This document shows, one piece after another, positions 24,836-37,232 of a DNA stretch of 64,000 nt (positions are counted from its first letter, which is position 1; every line of letters begins with the position of its first letter). The stretch is taken from assembly GCF_006345805.1 (NCBI RefSeq), contig NC_042997.1, positions 113,336,001-113,400,000 of the forward strand. The letters run 5' to 3'. A program made the position numbers and the translations under genes. The notes under the pieces were generated by a model that saw only the letters and a list, made by a program, of their open reading frames with translations, did not search any database and had not been told where the DNA came from. Source of the DNA: Octopus sinensis. Lineage: Eukaryota.

Positions 24836-26545
24836 TCAATATTGATTTATGCAATTGTTCTATTGATATATATAGATAGATAGATAGATATACACACACA
24901 TACACATATGTAGTTGTATCATTATCCATCAGCTCACAGACATCGTATCAACCAACCCTCTCTCAACAAGGAAACCATTCTAACCGAGCTGACTTATTGA
25001 ATATATTAAGATAAAATGTCATAAGAAAATAACGTTATTATTGCCATGCACTTACATTTGATAGCATTTTATCAAATTAGTTTCTTTTCTTTGATCCAGA
25101 CACAAGATAACAAGACATGGTTGGTGAATTCTGTGGTCCCCTAGTTATGCAGTGCATCTCTGTTGTGCAACAATACACGATGGGCTTCTTTCAATTTCCA
25201 TCTACCAAATCCACACACAAGGCTTTGGTCGACCCGAGGCTATAGTAGAAGACACTTGCCCAAGGCGCCACACAGCGGGACTGAACACGGAACCATGTGG
25301 TTGGGGGGCAAGCTTCCTACCACACAGCCACTCCAGCACTTGAATTGTATGAATTTTGTATGTGTATATGTTTGTATGAACGTATGTATGTTAATCGTTG
25401 GAGCGAACCGTACAAATCATGTTGCTTAAGTTGTTAAGTGTACACTGGAGTGGAATGGTGAGAATTAGTGAAATAATTTCTGGTTTTGACTATTGGTATT
25501 GGAAGAGGAACGAAGGATGATTGGCTGGTTGGTTGGATGGTTGGCTGGTTGGTCCGTTGGTTATTTTGTTGGTTTTTGTAATATTCCGAGTGTGAAATAG
25601 CATTGAATTTGGTAAAATAATTTGCCATTAATGCTGTCATGGACAATTGGTCATGGATGTAATGAAGAAATGTGTATGTGCTTGTGTTTATGGATGCGGA
25701 TGTATGTCTGTGTGTGTTTGTGTATATATGTGTGTATGTGTGTATATATGTGTATATATGTGTGTATATATATATATTCTTTCATTCTTTTATTCTTCTA
25801 CTTGTTTCAGTCATTTGACTGCAGCCATGCTGGAGTGCCGTCTTTAGTCAAACAAATCGACTCCAGGACTTATTCTTTGTAAGCCTAGTACTATTGGTCT
25901 TTTTTGCCAAACTGCTAAGTTTCGGGGATGTAAACACGCCAACATCAGTTGTCAAGCGATGGGAGGGGGGAACACAGACACACAAACATATGCATATGCA
26001 CACACACACACACACACATATTTGTATGTATGTATATATAAATACGACGGGCTTCTTTCAGTTTCCATCTACCAAATCCACTCACAAGGCTTTTATTCAT
26101 TTACTTGCCTCAGTCATTTGACTGCGGTCATACTGGAGCACCACCTTAAAGGGTTTTACAGTTGTAAAAAATTACCCCATGACTTATTCTTTGTATCGGT
26201 CTCTTTTGCTGAACCGCTAAGTTACGGGGATGTAAACACCCAAACTTCGGTTGTCAAGCAATGGTGGGGGGACAAATACAGGCACACAAACATATACATA
26301 TATATACAACGAGCGTCTTTCAGTTTCCATCTTACAAATTTCCACTCACAAGACTTTGGTCGGCCTGAGGCTATAATAGGACACACTTGCCCAAGGTACC
26401 ACAGTGGGACTGAACCCAGAACCATGTGGTTGGGAAGCAACCTTCTAACCACAGCCGCTCCTGCGCCTGTATACATGCATACATACATACATACATACAT
26501 ATATATGTAAAAGACAAATAAGTACCAAGGATGTCAAGGTATTAG

Positions 26546-26632
26546 TGCATTACGGCTATTTCAGGAGGCCCGATTTAATCGAACAATGCAAGCATTACCT
26601 CAATTTCAAATACTCCACCATCTTCAGATGCA
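26546..26632 (-). ncRNA. Hammerhead-like motif with long stem II
   Basis: TGCAT-CTGAAGA-~60 nt-GAAAT-AGCC-GTA-ATGCA; homologous to 17023-17110. Confidence 0.65.
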
Positions 26633-26863
26633 AAATATAGGTTTTCAACATACAGGGTACTCCATAATTTTTAGCAAATATTTCATCAGAACTAGAGAAT
26701 AAAAGAATTCCATGCTACTATTATTGTAGCAGAATGAACTTAGAGAGATACACATATATACTTGCTGATGTTTGTTTTTATGTTCATTTATAATAAAACC
26801 AATTTTACATTAATCTGATGCATTACTCTATTCTTTTGTAGAGTACAACTATATTATTTTTAT

Positions 26864-26970
26864 ACAAGAATGTTGTTGATAGTGACTTCGAAGTTTCAGC
26901 CAATAAAGCCATCAAATAACAATGGCTTAACTGGCTGATACTTCAAAGTCACTATCAATAGTATTTTTGT
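26864..26970. repeat. Inverted repeat (~49-bp arms) with hammerhead 3' half
   Basis: Arms 26864-26912 and 26922-26970; minus strand GGCT-GAAAC-TTCGAA-GTC. Confidence 0.8.
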
Positions 26971-27032
26971 TCAAGAATAATTAAGATATCTATCTATCTG
27001 TCCATCTCTCTATCTATCTGTCTGTCTGTTTG

Positions 27033-27082
<50 letters not shown>

Positions 27083-27992
27083 AGTCAGTCAATCTGTCTA
27101 TCTATCTATCTATCTATCTATCTGTCTGTCTATCTGCCCATCTATCTATCTATCTGTCTGTCTGTCTATCTATCTATCTCTCTCTATATATATTTTTACA
27201 CACACACACACACATGCATGCATACACACACATATATATGTATATGTATTTATTTGTATAAGTGTGCATGTGCAAGTGTGTGCAGACATATGTCCACACA
27301 CATACAGTGAAGAGTGAGAGTGAGAGAGAATGAAATATCACAGTATAAGCTGTCATCTCTGCAGTAGAGCAATGTGTTGTTCAGTATTACATAAAGATCA
27401 TTTATCAATGCATTTATTTTGAAATGTATTTGGAAGAAGTCTTGCTTCTTTTACTCTCTTCATTGTTATCAGATCAGTGAGTCAGAATCTGGAAGCTTCT
27501 TTCTTCATAAGTTTCTCATTTGCATTTGAATAGATTTTATAAGTAACAATAGATTTACTTCAAAATATATTTTGTCTAAACTGTTCTTCTATTTACTTTT
27601 TTTCTTCCTTATTTAACAAAAAAAAATCAATATATATTTCTTTCTTTGTAATACTCAAAAATAAGATTTACCAATTGTATTCTTACTTGAAGCGCTATCA
27701 CTACTAAGAGAATGAAAGTTCACAACTAGTTGAAAAATAAAGCAATTTCCAGACTGGTGTTTTGAGATTTAGAAGGAAAAGAATCATTCTCTTCAAATTC
27801 TTTTCATTGGCACAAGCGTAGCTGTGTGTTAAGAAGCTTGCTTCTCAACCACATGGTTCTTTGTTCATCTCCCCACTGTGTGGCATCTTGGGCAAGTGTC
27901 TTCTACTATAGTCTTGTCCCGACCAAAGCCTTGTGAGTGGATTTGGTAGATGGAAACTGAAGAAGCACATTGCATGTGTATATATATATACA

Positions 27993-28295
27993 TATAAGTA
28001 AATAAATGGAGTTAAATGCAGATGTTATTAAAATTCTTTTACTTTCGACATATGTTTGGAATAAAACCAATGTTGTCTTTGAAACATATGTCGAAAGTAA
28101 AAGAATTTTAATAAACTCTTTGTTCAACTCCATTTATTTACTTATACTACACAAATTACTGCACATTAACCTGGAGTTTCTACCTTTGAATAGGTCACTT
28201 CATCCATGTTACTTGCGTGAATTTTGATACCCTGGTAACTGTTTATTGAATTTTCCATGTTAACGGTAAGCAAAGGATAATTCATTCATCCATTT
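27993..28295 (+). mobile_element. Penelope-like 3' fragment with inverted partial copy, in (TA)n
   Basis: Arms 27993-28057 and 28082-28146; GAAAC-ATAT-GTC at 28081-28092, AATAAA at 28110; (TA)n on both sides. Confidence 0.65.
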
Positions 28296-28324
28296 ATATA
28301 TATATATATATATTATATATATAT

Positions 28325-28377
<53 letters not shown>

Positions 28378-29547
28378 GCCAGTTATGTGACACCAGCATT
28401 TATGTAATTGGCACAAAAAAAGCACCTTTCGGGTGTTGGACTTCATGGAAGCAAAGTGGCCGATGCTGGTGGCACAGGAAAAGCTCTTTTAGAGTGTTGA
28501 CCTCACGGAGGCAATGACAATGACCGAGACCTTGGTATTATGTTGTGCCTGAGAAGAAGAAACATCAAGCCAAGTAAAATCACAGTCATAGCAGATACTG
28601 GTGTGACTCAAATGGCACCCATGCTAGTGGCATGTAAGAGCACCCATTACACTCTCAGAGTGGTTGGCATTAGGAAGGGCATCCAGCTGTTGAAACATTG
28701 CCAGATCAGATTGGAGCTTGGTGCAGCCTTCTGCCTTGCCAGTCCCCAGTCAAACTGTCCAACCCATGCCAGCATGGAAAGCAGATGTCAACAATGATGA
28801 TGATGATAATATGTGTGTTTGAGTTTGTCCTCCTTCCCTATACTTGACAACCAGAGTTGGTATGTTTATGTCCCCATAACTTAGTGGTTCAGCAAAAGAG
28901 ACTGACAGAATAAGTACCTGACTTTACAACAAAATAATTAGCAGTAGTGTCGATTCATTCAACTAAAATTCTTCAAGGTGGTGCCCCAGCATGGCCACAG
29001 TCTAATGACTGAAACAAGTGAAAGATATACTCCTTTGTTTGTTATACCCAAAAATAAGATTTACCATTTGTATTCTTACTGGAAGCATTATCACTTCCAA
29101 GAGAACAAAAATTCCCGACAAGTCAAAAAATAAAACAGTTTCCAGCCTGGAGTTTTGAGTTTTAAAACAAAAAATCATAATTCTCTTCAAATAGACGTGT
29201 GAATTGTCTAATTCTGTAACAGAGTTTGGTTACGATTCTGGCTTTAAAAGCATGAATAGAATATGTTTGGAATTTGAGGTGGGAATGGAATGATGGCACT
29301 GTCTTTGGTAATGGCTTCTAATTCAGGCACAAAGTCAACAATTTTGAGTGGAGGAGGAGGGAGAGGTCAGTGAATTACACCTGGTCCCTCCCACTACTTG
29401 ACTGAGAATCTATCTTCTTGACCCTAGACAGGTGAAAAGAAAAATTGACTTCAATGGAATTGGAATTCAGAATGCAAAGAGCCAGAAGAAATGATGCTAA
29501 GCACTTTGCACAGTGCACTCGTGATACTAACAACAGCTCATTGATTG

Positions 29548-29582
<35 letters not shown>

Positions 29583-29601
29583 TAATAATAATAATAATTA
29601 T

Positions 29602-30158
29602 TGCCCTGATGCAGTACCAGGCAGTGGCTCTCATGGCTTCTGATCTTAACTGATTGGAAGTGTTATCATGTACATTGTTTTGTCTTGGTATAAAAGATGG
29701 GCTACAGCAAATATTCTGCTCAATACCACAGATTTGCTTGTCAGTTGTTTGACCATAACCAGTTGAGCATGTCCCTTAGTGGCTGACGATATGTGCATCT
29801 CTGATCACGAGCAGAAGTAGTGGGGGAGCATCATAGCCATGTGTTGAGAGGGATTCTTTGGGGTTTGAATAGTTCACCTCTGGAAACATGGGTGGTTCTT
29901 TCAACATCCTTAAACAACCCTTATTCAGGGACCGTTTGAGCGGGATGGGCTACTCAACCTGAAGAAAATTCTAACTGGGCCCCACCTGCAAGGTCATGTG
30001 CTGTTTATCTTGATATGAGATCACCATGTCGCGCACATATGGTTGTGATGCATGTGCCTGGTGTACCTTTATCAGACGGGTAGTCATGATGGGTATATTG
30101 GGCTTCGTATATTTTACCCCAGTGTCACTTTGATGGCATGAACTGCTCTCTCACTCAA
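29602..30158. mobile_element. Unclassified ~560-bp repeat bounded by (TAA)n, copy 1
   Basis: Starts tgccctgatgcagtaccaggca after (AAT)n and ends before (AAT)n; close homolog directly downstream. Confidence 0.75.
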
Positions 30159-30182
30159 TAATAATAATAATAATAACAGTCA

Positions 30183-30587
30183 TGCCCTGATGCAGTACCA
30201 GGCATTGGCTCCCATGGCTTCTGATCTTAACTGATTGGAAGTGTTATCATGTTCATAGTTTTGTCTTGGTATAAAAGATGGGCTACTGTGAATATTCTGC
30301 TCAATACCACAGATTTGCTTGCCAGTTGTTTGACCTTTACCAGATGAGCATGTCCCTTAGTAACTGACGATATGTGCATCTTTGATCATGAACAGAAGTA
30401 GTGGGGGAGCATCATAGCCATGTGTTGAGAGAAATTCTTTGGGGGTTTGGATAATTCACCTTTCGAAACAGGAGTGTTTCGTTCAACATCCTTAAACAGC
30501 CTTTATTCAGGGACCTTTTGAGTAGGATGGGTTACTCGACCTGAAGAAAATTCTAATTGGGCCCCACCTGCAAGTTCATGCACTGTT
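30183..30587. mobile_element. Same unclassified repeat, copy 2 (truncated)
   Basis: Colinear with 29602-30007, sharing the same left end. Confidence 0.75.
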
Positions 30588-32649
30588 TGAGAGAGGTGGC
30601 TTTATACTAGTAGATTAGGGGTTGAAGTATGAGAGAAGGGGCCAGTGTAGAACAGGTCCCTTGCTGTAGAAGGGCCATGTGATTATTTGCAATTTAGAAG
30701 AGAGAGCAGGGGTGTGACTGGAGTGAAATGAAGTGGAGAAGAGATAGAAACAGAGGTGAAGAGGTATCTGAGAAAACCTTCAAGGTAAAGGGTAAAGACT
30801 GCCTATGGGCTTGCACCTAAAATGTTCCCCTCTGAGGCACAAGTCTCGGTAAGGTTGTTTTATGAAAGATCTGAAGTCAGCCATGCATACTAACCTCCCC
30901 TCCACGTCACTGATGTTATCCAATGGGAAAGGCAAAGGGGCCAATACAGCTTGGCCCCAGTGATGTCACAAGTCATTTCTACAGACGAGTGAACTGAAGT
31001 AACATGATATAAAGTGTCTGGCTGAAAGTACACAGCACACAGCCCAGTCTAGGAATTGAACAAGTACATCAACATCAAAAATCAATGGAAATTGTAGTTG
31101 TGATCCCTGTGCCGGTGGCACATAAAACGCATCATCCGAACATGGCCGATGCCAACGCCACTTTGACTGGCTTCCGTGCCGGTGGCACATAAAAAGCACC
31201 AGCCAATCATGACTGTTGCCAGCCTCGCCTGGCACGTAAAAAGCACCCACTACACTCACGGAGTGGTTGGTGTTAGGAAGGGCATCAAGCTGTAGAAACA
31301 CTGCCAGATCAGGCTGGAGCATAGTGCAGCCTCCTGGCTTTCCAGACCCCGGTCGAACTGTCCAACCCATGCTAGCATGGAAAACAGGCATTAAACAATG
31401 ATGATGATGACCTCATGCCTGTGAGCCCAGCACTCTGACCACTGAGCCATGCTACCCTCAAGGTAGAAATGAGTAGATGTGTATTGGGGGTAAGGAAGAA
31501 GTGGGAATGTGAATGGGTGGAGGTTACAGTAGTGAGTGAGAGAGTGAAATATGGGAAATGGTTGTTGGGGGTAAATACAGTGGTTTCAAATTTTGGCACA
31601 GGGCCAGCAATTTCAGGAGAGGAGATAAGTTGAGTACATCGATCCTAGTGTTCAACTGGTTCTTATTTTACTACCCCAGCTCCAAAAAATGAAAGGCAAA
31701 GTTGAGCTCAGTGGAATTTGAGCTGAACCAGTAAAGTCAGATGAAATGCTGCTAAGCATTTTGTCCCGCTTGCTTAAGGGGTCTCTGCCAGCTTGCCACC
31801 TTAAGGCAGGTGGTGGTGAATATAATGAATAATGAACAAGTGTTGAGTGAATAATAAGCAGAGGAGGAATTCTTCTGGAATGGAAACGAGTTAAGCACCA
31901 GTCAAGTACTGGATTCGATTTAATATTCTCATAAAACCTGTCTTGGTAGCTGTAATCGTATTAGAAGAATTTTTATAAAAACTTCAAGCTATGAATATGA
32001 AAGAAGAATTTTCATAACTTTTTTTCACCTTTTCAATGAAACAAATGATGCTGGTTTATCCTTTGGTGCATCGAATTATTTCAGATCAAACAAAATAGCT
32101 GGAGAAGAGCCGTTGCAATTAATTATTCGTAATGTTTCTTCGCATAATACATTAAAGGAATCAGTTTGTTTGATGACGTCACGAGCTTTCTACATCGCTA
32201 ACCCTCCTGCCGCAGTTATAATATCAATAGAAACACAAGATGCCAACTTGGTTCGAAATGACTCAACACTTTATTATTCTGTTATAAACTCCATTCAGCA
32301 TTAATGTTAGATAATATTTGCCTTGATTTGCTGTTTGTTCTTGAACCATTTTGAAGCAGGCTTCATCTTCAAAGGGAGGTAACAAGTAGTTCTAAGTGGT
32401 TTATTTCATGAGCCAATCAGGAAGCCTCTACGGGGACAGGTAAGCTGCTAGAAATAGCACCTGAATGTCTTTTGAAGCAACCCCTACTATCTTAAAATAA
32501 TGGGAAGGCCCCGTGTAGATAATGTAGTCATTGATATAAGCAAAGTAAAAACAAGTGAACATGATGATCAATAGGTCTGTTTGATTAGGATTTCATAACA
32601 ACAAAGGGTTCTGTAACAACATTAACAACAACAACAGCAACCAAATAAT

Positions 32650-33250
32650 TTCATGTCTTTCTCTTTTCATCTTTTCTTTTACTTTTCCGTATTTCATTTT
32701 TTCATCATCCCTCTCTACTCCTCCCTCTCAACCTCTCTTTTTCTCCTCCTTGCTCTCCCTATCTTCCATCTCCCTCCCCATTTCTTTCTCTTTCTCTCTC
32801 ACTTCTGTCTTCTTCTTTCCTTCATTGCTATATTTTTTATGTATTTCTTTTTAGTTATTATTATTTTTATATATACTTCTTATCACCTTTTCTCTTCTTC
32901 CCTCCTCTCTCTCTTCCTCTCCCTCTCTTTCCTTCTCTCCCTCTCTCCCCTACCCTCTCTCTTTGTATCTTCCCTCCCTCTTTCTCTCCCTCCCTCCTTC
33001 TTTCCCTCCCCCTTTCTCTCCTTCCCACTTTCTCTTCCTCTCTCTCTCCCTCTATCTCCATCTTCCTCCATCTATCTACCTATCTCCTTCCATCATCTTT
33101 TCTTCATTATCTTCTTTGCTATTTCATTCATTTCCTTTTACCTATTATCATTTCCTCTAAATATCTCTTCGCCTCTCTCTCTCTCCACTTCCCCCTCTCT
33201 CTCACTCTCTCCCTCATTCTATCTTCCTATCTTTTATCCATTTTATTCAT
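32650..33250. repeat. Long polypyrimidine (CT-rich) low-complexity tract
   Basis: Directly visible. Confidence 0.9.
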
Positions 33251-33961
33251 TAGTACTTCCACACCAAAAGAAAACAACTCTCCAGCTGTGAGAGATTGTC
33301 AATACAAAATAAAATTACTCACCAGAAAACTTCATAGCTCTTCTTCAGATAATAGAGTCTCATTATGTTTAACAAATATTAATTTATTATTTAATCAAAT
33401 CTGCCAGTACCACTCCACATCTTCTTTTTAATGAAAATGCTGCATATACAGAGCAAGTTAGTTGCTATAGCACCAGCATGAACAAAGTTTACGTAGCACA
33501 TTAATTATTACAGCACCAGCAAGGAATGAAAAAGTCTACATTGCCACTGTTGAAGACAAATAAGACACAAACTTTGAGAGTTGTGTCCCTTGTTTGCTCA
33601 GCCAAACAACAATGTCAGATGACCCATTATATTATCATAAATCAATGCATTTAATCTTAATGTATATATTTCTAATGAAACAATCAAATCCAACCTTTTT
33701 ATCTACCATAATATATATTAAGAAATGTCAACTATTTAATAATGAAATATTTTGTCAGTGTGCCAGGACTTTGATATATGAGGTAAAACCTGTTTATTGT
33801 GACACAAACCATTCTGCCTTTCCTAATTCATCCCCTGCTCTTTGATTGGTTTTTTCTCTTTTTCTTTCATTTTTTTTTTCATTTTGGTTTCTGGCTTTTT
33901 ATTACTCAGAAGAGAGGGTGACAGTGTAGAAAGGGGAGAAGGTTATAATAATAATAATAAT

Positions 33962-34490
33962 GGAACAGAAAAAAGATCGTATAAGCACACACCAGAAAAG
34001 GTCACAGAAAACAAGAAAGCAACCATACTAAGGGATATGCCAATACACTCAGATAGAGAAATTAAGGCCAACGGGCCAGATATAGTTGTCAAAGATCATG
34101 AAGGAAAAAAATGCTTTCTAATTGATGTATCAATACTAGCAGATGACAATGTGTCTCTAAAAGAAATGGAGAAACTTTCAAAATACAAAGGCCTGGAAAT
34201 AGAGGTAACTTGAATGTGGAATCTAAAAACAGAAACAATCCCTATCATAGTAGGCACATTAGGTATGATAAAAAAAAATATTCAGACAAATACATAATAA
34301 AAACACCAGGACTTACAAACACATATAACATACAGAAAATTGCACTACTGGGCACTGCACACATCCTATACAAAATACTTTCAATATAGTAACCATCAGA
34401 GCATCACAGCAAACCACAGCACATACCCAAGGCACACAGAGCTGTGCTCGGTAGTGAAGTGAAAGCATGCTATAAGAATAAAACTACTGA
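33962..34490 (+). mobile_element. 5'-truncated R4/Dong-like non-LTR retrotransposon: restriction-like endonuclease domain + 3' UTR
   Basis: KHTPEKVTEN...IHSDREIKANGPDIVVKD...CFLIDVSI...KEMEKLSKY.GLEIEV...IPIIVGTLG matches the RLE PD..D..K motif; (AAT)n on both flanks. Confidence 0.85.
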
Positions 34491-34557
34491 ATAATAATAA
34501 TAATAATATTTATTGGATTGATGTTACTCCTCCAGAAAGTAAAGAAACAATAAAGAA

Positions 34558-34699
34558 GAGTGCGACTGTTATCAAATGAACAATATTTCGACATCCAATA
34601 AATATTACCAAAATGAAGTAGATTGACAAGTTTATTTTTGAACTTGTGGAAGACTCACAAGATGTCAAAATATTGTTCATTTGATAACAGTTTGCACTC
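34558..34699. repeat. Inverted repeat (~38-bp arms) with decayed hammerhead-like motif
   Basis: gagtgcgactgttatcaaatgaacaatatttcgacatc vs gatgtcaaaatattgttcatttgataacagtttgcactc. Confidence 0.8.
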
Positions 34700-34702
34700 A
34701 TT

Positions 34703-34739
<37 letters not shown>

Positions 34740-34949
34740 GTTTCAAATTTTGCCACAAGGGCAGCAATTTTCGGGGAGAGGATGAGTCAATTACATTGAC
34801 CCCAGTGTTCAACTGGTACTTATTTTATCGACCCCGAGAAGAGGAAAGGTAAAATCAGCCTTGATGAAATTGAAACTCAGAATGTTGTGATAGGCAAAAT
34901 ATTGCTAAGCATTTCGTCTGACGATTCTGCCCACTCACTACTTTTCTAT

Positions 34950-35830
34950 AATAATAATAACAAACTTATTTTATACAATGCTCAGGCGCACTTCAACTTA
35001 TTAGAAAGAGTAGCCAAAACTGCATGAACAGCTCAACATAGAATAATGCATTGGGAGTTTGAACAGTGAATGGGTTGTAGTTGTTTAAAAGAAAAAATGG
35101 TGGGGGCATCAGGTGTATGGTTGGCAAGATTCGGGAAGCATGAAAATTTTTAAGGGTGTAGTGTTCTGACAGCTAGCAACTGATGTGAATAGTTTATTCT
35201 GAGTGAAAAAAATGTTTTATTCTTATTTGTTTATTGCCCACAAGGGGCTAAACATAGGGGGGACAAACAAGGACAGACAAGGGATTAAGTCAATTACATC
35301 GACCCCAGAGCGTAACTGGTACTTACTTTATTGACCCCGAAAGGATGAAAGGCAAAGTTGACCTCGACGGAATTTGAACTCAGAACGTAAAGACAGACGA
35401 AATACTGCTAAGCATTTTGCCCGGTGTGCTAACGTTTCTGCCAGCTCGCCACCTTCTTTTATTCTTTATAACAAGTACTTAGGCTCTAACACAGAGGGGA
35501 CAACACAAGGACAAACATAATACCACAGTGGGGACAAAAACATAAAGCCGATGACATGAAATGTATAAATTAATGATAATGAAATGGCTGTATTGAGCCC
35601 CAAGGACAGACATAATACCACAGTGGGGACAAAAACATAAAACCGATGACATGAAATGTATAAATTAATGATAATGAAATGGCTATATTGAGCCCCAATG
35701 TTTCTGAAAGTCATGGGTGCTGTGTTGTTTGATTTTGTAACCATGTCCATAAATTTTAGACATATGGAATTCAAAAAGGTGTCCAAGATGGTGGTTAATC
35801 TTGTGGGTGTCTACCAAATCAGTTGTCAGA
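34950..35830 (-). mobile_element. CR1-type LINE 3' fragment interrupted by a family B SINE and a second insert
   Basis: Reverse complement matches the fragments at 36905 and 47860; split inside the HDFQKHFF codons. Confidence 0.7.
35508..35696. repeat. ~94-bp tandem duplication
   Basis: aaggaca.acataataccacagtggggac...tattgagcccc twice. Confidence 0.9.
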
Positions 35831-36011
35831 CAGTGGAGCTTTAATGTGTCCATGTCCAGGGAAGCAAGACGTTCAGAGTATGGTAGATGCCTGAGGAAAA
35901 ATAGTTAAGAAGAAAAGGGAGAGATATTAAAAGAGATGAGAGTTGAGAAGTGGGATGAGGTGAGTGGGAGAATATAAGGTGATGAAGAAGAAGGAAAAGA
36001 AGGTGGGCTTT

Positions 36012-36245
36012 AAGGTGGCGAGCTGGCAGAAACGTTAGCATGCCAGGCAAAATACTTAGCGGTATTTCGTCTGCCGTTATGTTCTGAGTTCAAATTCCGC
36101 CGTGGTCGACTTTGCCTTTCATCCTTTCGGGGTCGATTAAATAAGTACCAGTTACGCACTGGGGTCGATGTAATTGACTTAATCCCTTTGTCTGTCCTTA
36201 TTTGTGCCCTCTATGTTTAGCCCCTTGTGGGCAATAAAGAACTAA
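36012..36245 (+). mobile_element. Well-preserved SINE family B copy
   Basis: Head, Nin/Deu-like core and tail intact with CpGs retained; others near 5355, 10580, 10787, 31580, 34738, 35222, 52640 and 63845. Confidence 0.85.
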
Positions 36246-36904
36246 GAAGAGAAAGAAGATGTGGGGATGGATTATGAAAGATCTAAAAATAAAGACAGTC
36301 TGCATCCATTTTTGACCTTTCAGTTCACCAATGATGATTTATTTTTGTCTGGGACACAATGTTACGCTCTTTTTATGAGAGTTGTAAAAGTAGAGCTAAA
36401 TATATTACTGGTATTTATTTTATCAACCAAAGTTGGACAGTCTTTGAAAACTGGAAAGTTAGATTCTAAAATTCAAAAAATGGGACATGTGGCAGTGCTC
36501 CTGATACAACATTACATGTAGCAGTATAAATGAGACAACAGAACATGTAGTGTTCTTTGTGCAACTGCACATATTGCCATGTTTCTTACACAAGAGAACA
36601 TGTAGTAAAACACTGTCCCATTGTATAACCCTCCTCCATTCAGATCACTTTGTCAAGCATAATAATCCTTATTTATTCACATTGTTTTACATTTAGTTGT
36701 GCATTACCTGGTAGCTTTGACAGTTCAAAGATGGTAGAGGCCAGACAGGGCCAGTCAGAGCATAAAACAAGAAAGATATATGGGCCAGATTTAGTCAGTT
36801 TCAATGCTAAAGGGATACACAACCTGGTGTAATATCCTGCTGTACTCCATTATATTTTATGCAAATGGCTTCTAAGCAATGCAGTCGTTTTCAAATGATT
36901 TGTT

Positions 36905-37232
36905 CAAATATCTCAACACAAGAACGTGGACATGTTTTACAAAGTCAGAAAACAGCACAGCTCCCATGACTTTCGGAAACATTTTTTTCATGCTAAGAGT
37001 TGTTAGTTGTCAGTTGTTAGTTGTCAGAGCACTGCATCCTTGAAAACTTCCATGCTTCCTGAGATTCGCCAACACTACACATGATTTTCTCCCCTCCATA
37101 CACACGCAAGCATGTATCTGATTCATACACTGTTCGCTTTCCAGACATTTGTACATTACTGCATATACTTTATACACACTTTTGACAAGTTGTGGTGCAC
37201 CTGAGCACTGTATACAATAATTTCATTATTAT
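36905..37232 (+). mobile_element. CR1-type LINE 3' fragment
   Basis: YKVRKQHSSHDFRKHFF motif, 3' UTR ending ataatttcattattatt. Confidence 0.7.

Noticed and set aside
24322-24883. Poly-Ala/Asn/Asp coding exon
   Set aside because: Microsatellites with frame-breaking stops and no clear acceptor
31920-32370. Minus-strand frame whose stops might be edited to Trp
   Set aside because: Too many stops of all three types, including adjacent TAA TAA; the plus frame is the open one
32653-33291. 212-aa hydrophobic ORF resembling a membrane protein
   Set aside because: Polypyrimidine low-complexity tract
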